From Bacillota bacterium (GTDB lineage: Bacteria; Bacillota; Desulfotomaculia; Desulfotomaculales; JASEER01), in NCBI GenBank assembly GCA_036804525.1, contig DAIRSE010000016.1:5661-29660 (forward strand): DNA of 24,000 bases. Direction: 5' to 3'. Position 1 is the stretch's first letter. Each line of letters opens with the position of its first letter. The notes under the pieces are model-generated. The model was not told where the DNA came from. It saw only the letters and a program-made list of their open reading frames with translations, and did no database searches. The position numbers and the translations under genes were made by a program. Positions 23,192 to 24,000 of this stretch are shown here, piece after piece.

Positions 23192-24000
23192 ATGGCCGGC
23201 ATCTTTCGCATCAGCGGCCTGGCTTCAGGCATCGACACCGAACAGATGGTCCGTGACCTGATGAAGGCCCACCGGATGCCCCTGGAAAAGATTAAGCAGC
23301 AGAGACAGGTCCTGGAGTGGAAGCGGGCGGACTACCGGGTGATCAACAAGGCCCTGTACGATTTCCGTACCGGTACCGCCTTCTCTATGAGGCTCGGCTC
23401 CACCTACACGAAGCGCACGGCGACCAGCAGCGACAGCGGCGTTGCAACGGCCTCGGTGTCCTCAAGTGCTGCCAGCGGGACCTATCAGGTTACGGTGAGC
23501 AGGCTGGCCGCGGCGGCCTACAACGTCAGCGCGGCGCCCGTTTCCGCCAGCCAGGCGGATAAAGTCGACGCCGCCGCCACCCTGTGGTCGCAGCGGAATA
23601 AGTTCGCTGACACAAACTTCGGGTGGATCAACGCCGACGCAACGGACGCGATCAGCGTATCGTTGAGCGGCACCACATTTAATCTGACGCACGACGCCAT
23701 AGTGAGCGTCGCTTCGATCGACGTGGACGGCGTGGGATATACGGTTTTCACAGACCAGGCAGCCTACGACGCGAGCGGCGACCCGAATAAGGTCCTGGTG
23801 AACCTGGATACCGGCGGGTTAACCTTCAACAACACCATCAACGCCGGACAGACCATCAACGCCGGCTACACATACAACACCAAGACCTTCAGGTTCACCG
23901 TCACCACGTACGGGGACATCAGCGCCAACACGCAGGAGTTCACCGTCGACGCCGCGCAGAAAAGCCTGAACGCCGTGCTGGCCGACATCTCGGCGGCTAG
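23192..24000 (+). CDS. fliD: flagellar filament cap protein FliD (5' partial, runs off the window)
   Basis: My own translation from ATG 23192 gives MAGIFRISGLASGIDTEQMVRDLMKAHRMPLEKIKQQRQVLEWKRADYR..., a typical FliD N-terminus. The frame stays open to position 24000. It is absent from the ORF track because no stop codon is reached. Confidence 0.88.
   Translation, partial: MAGIFRISGLASGIDTEQMVRDLMKAHRMPLEKIKQQRQVLEWKRADYRVINKALYDFRTGTAFSMRLGSTYTKRTATSSDSGVATASVSSSAASGTYQVTVSRLAAAAYNVSAAPVSASQADKVDAAATLWSQRNKFADTNFGWINADATDAISVSLSGTTFNLTHDAIVSVASIDVDGVGYTVFTDQAAYDASGDPNKVLVNLDTGGLTFNNTINAGQTINAGYTYNTKTFRFTVTTYGDISANTQEFTVDAAQKSLNAVLADISAA

Overview
This window is a GC-rich, Firmicute/Clostridia-style flagellar locus. 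I saw no tRNA, rRNA, CRISPR array, transposase or phage genes.

Gene content:
- The minus strand (20738 down to 186) carries one long, tightly packed fla operon: flgB-flgC-fliE-fliF-fliG-fliH-fliI-fliJ-fliK-flgD-(flg_new-type ORF)-flgE-fliL-fliN-fliO-fliP-fliQ-fliR-flhB-flhA-flhF-flhG-(PilZ brake)-fliA(sigma-28)-(small membrane protein).
- The plus strand carries a divergent late unit: flagellin (21587-22693), flaG, and the 5' part of fliD, which runs off the window end.

The protein genes are ordinary. The unusual signals are all non-coding:
1. The flgB leader contains a clear c-di-GMP-I (GEMM-I) riboswitch aptamer followed by a hairpin platform. The same operon ends with a PilZ brake gene.
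2. A near-perfect sigma-28 promoter (TAAAGTTT-N12-GCCGATAT) points away from flagellin. About 280 nt downstream lies a strong minus-strand-specific intrinsic terminator, still upstream of the riboswitch. Together they define an orphan AT-rich transcript with no convincing ORF.
3. fliE and fliF are separated by a roughly 440-nt untranslated gap. It holds three essentially identical 78-bp tandem units plus degenerate copies.
4. At least four intra-operon spacers (flhB/flhA, fliP/fliQ, fliE/fliF, flgC/fliE) are built from short tandem heptanucleotide repeats. The families on the coding strand are GTCGTAN, GTCCTAN, GTCGTCN, GCATTAN and GTAGTCG.

Several ORF-track starts were re-placed using SD spacing: flhA, fliP, fliQ, flgB, fliL, flhG, flgD and flagellin. 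Long plus-strand ORFs lying over the minus-strand genes are treated as GC-rich shadow frames.
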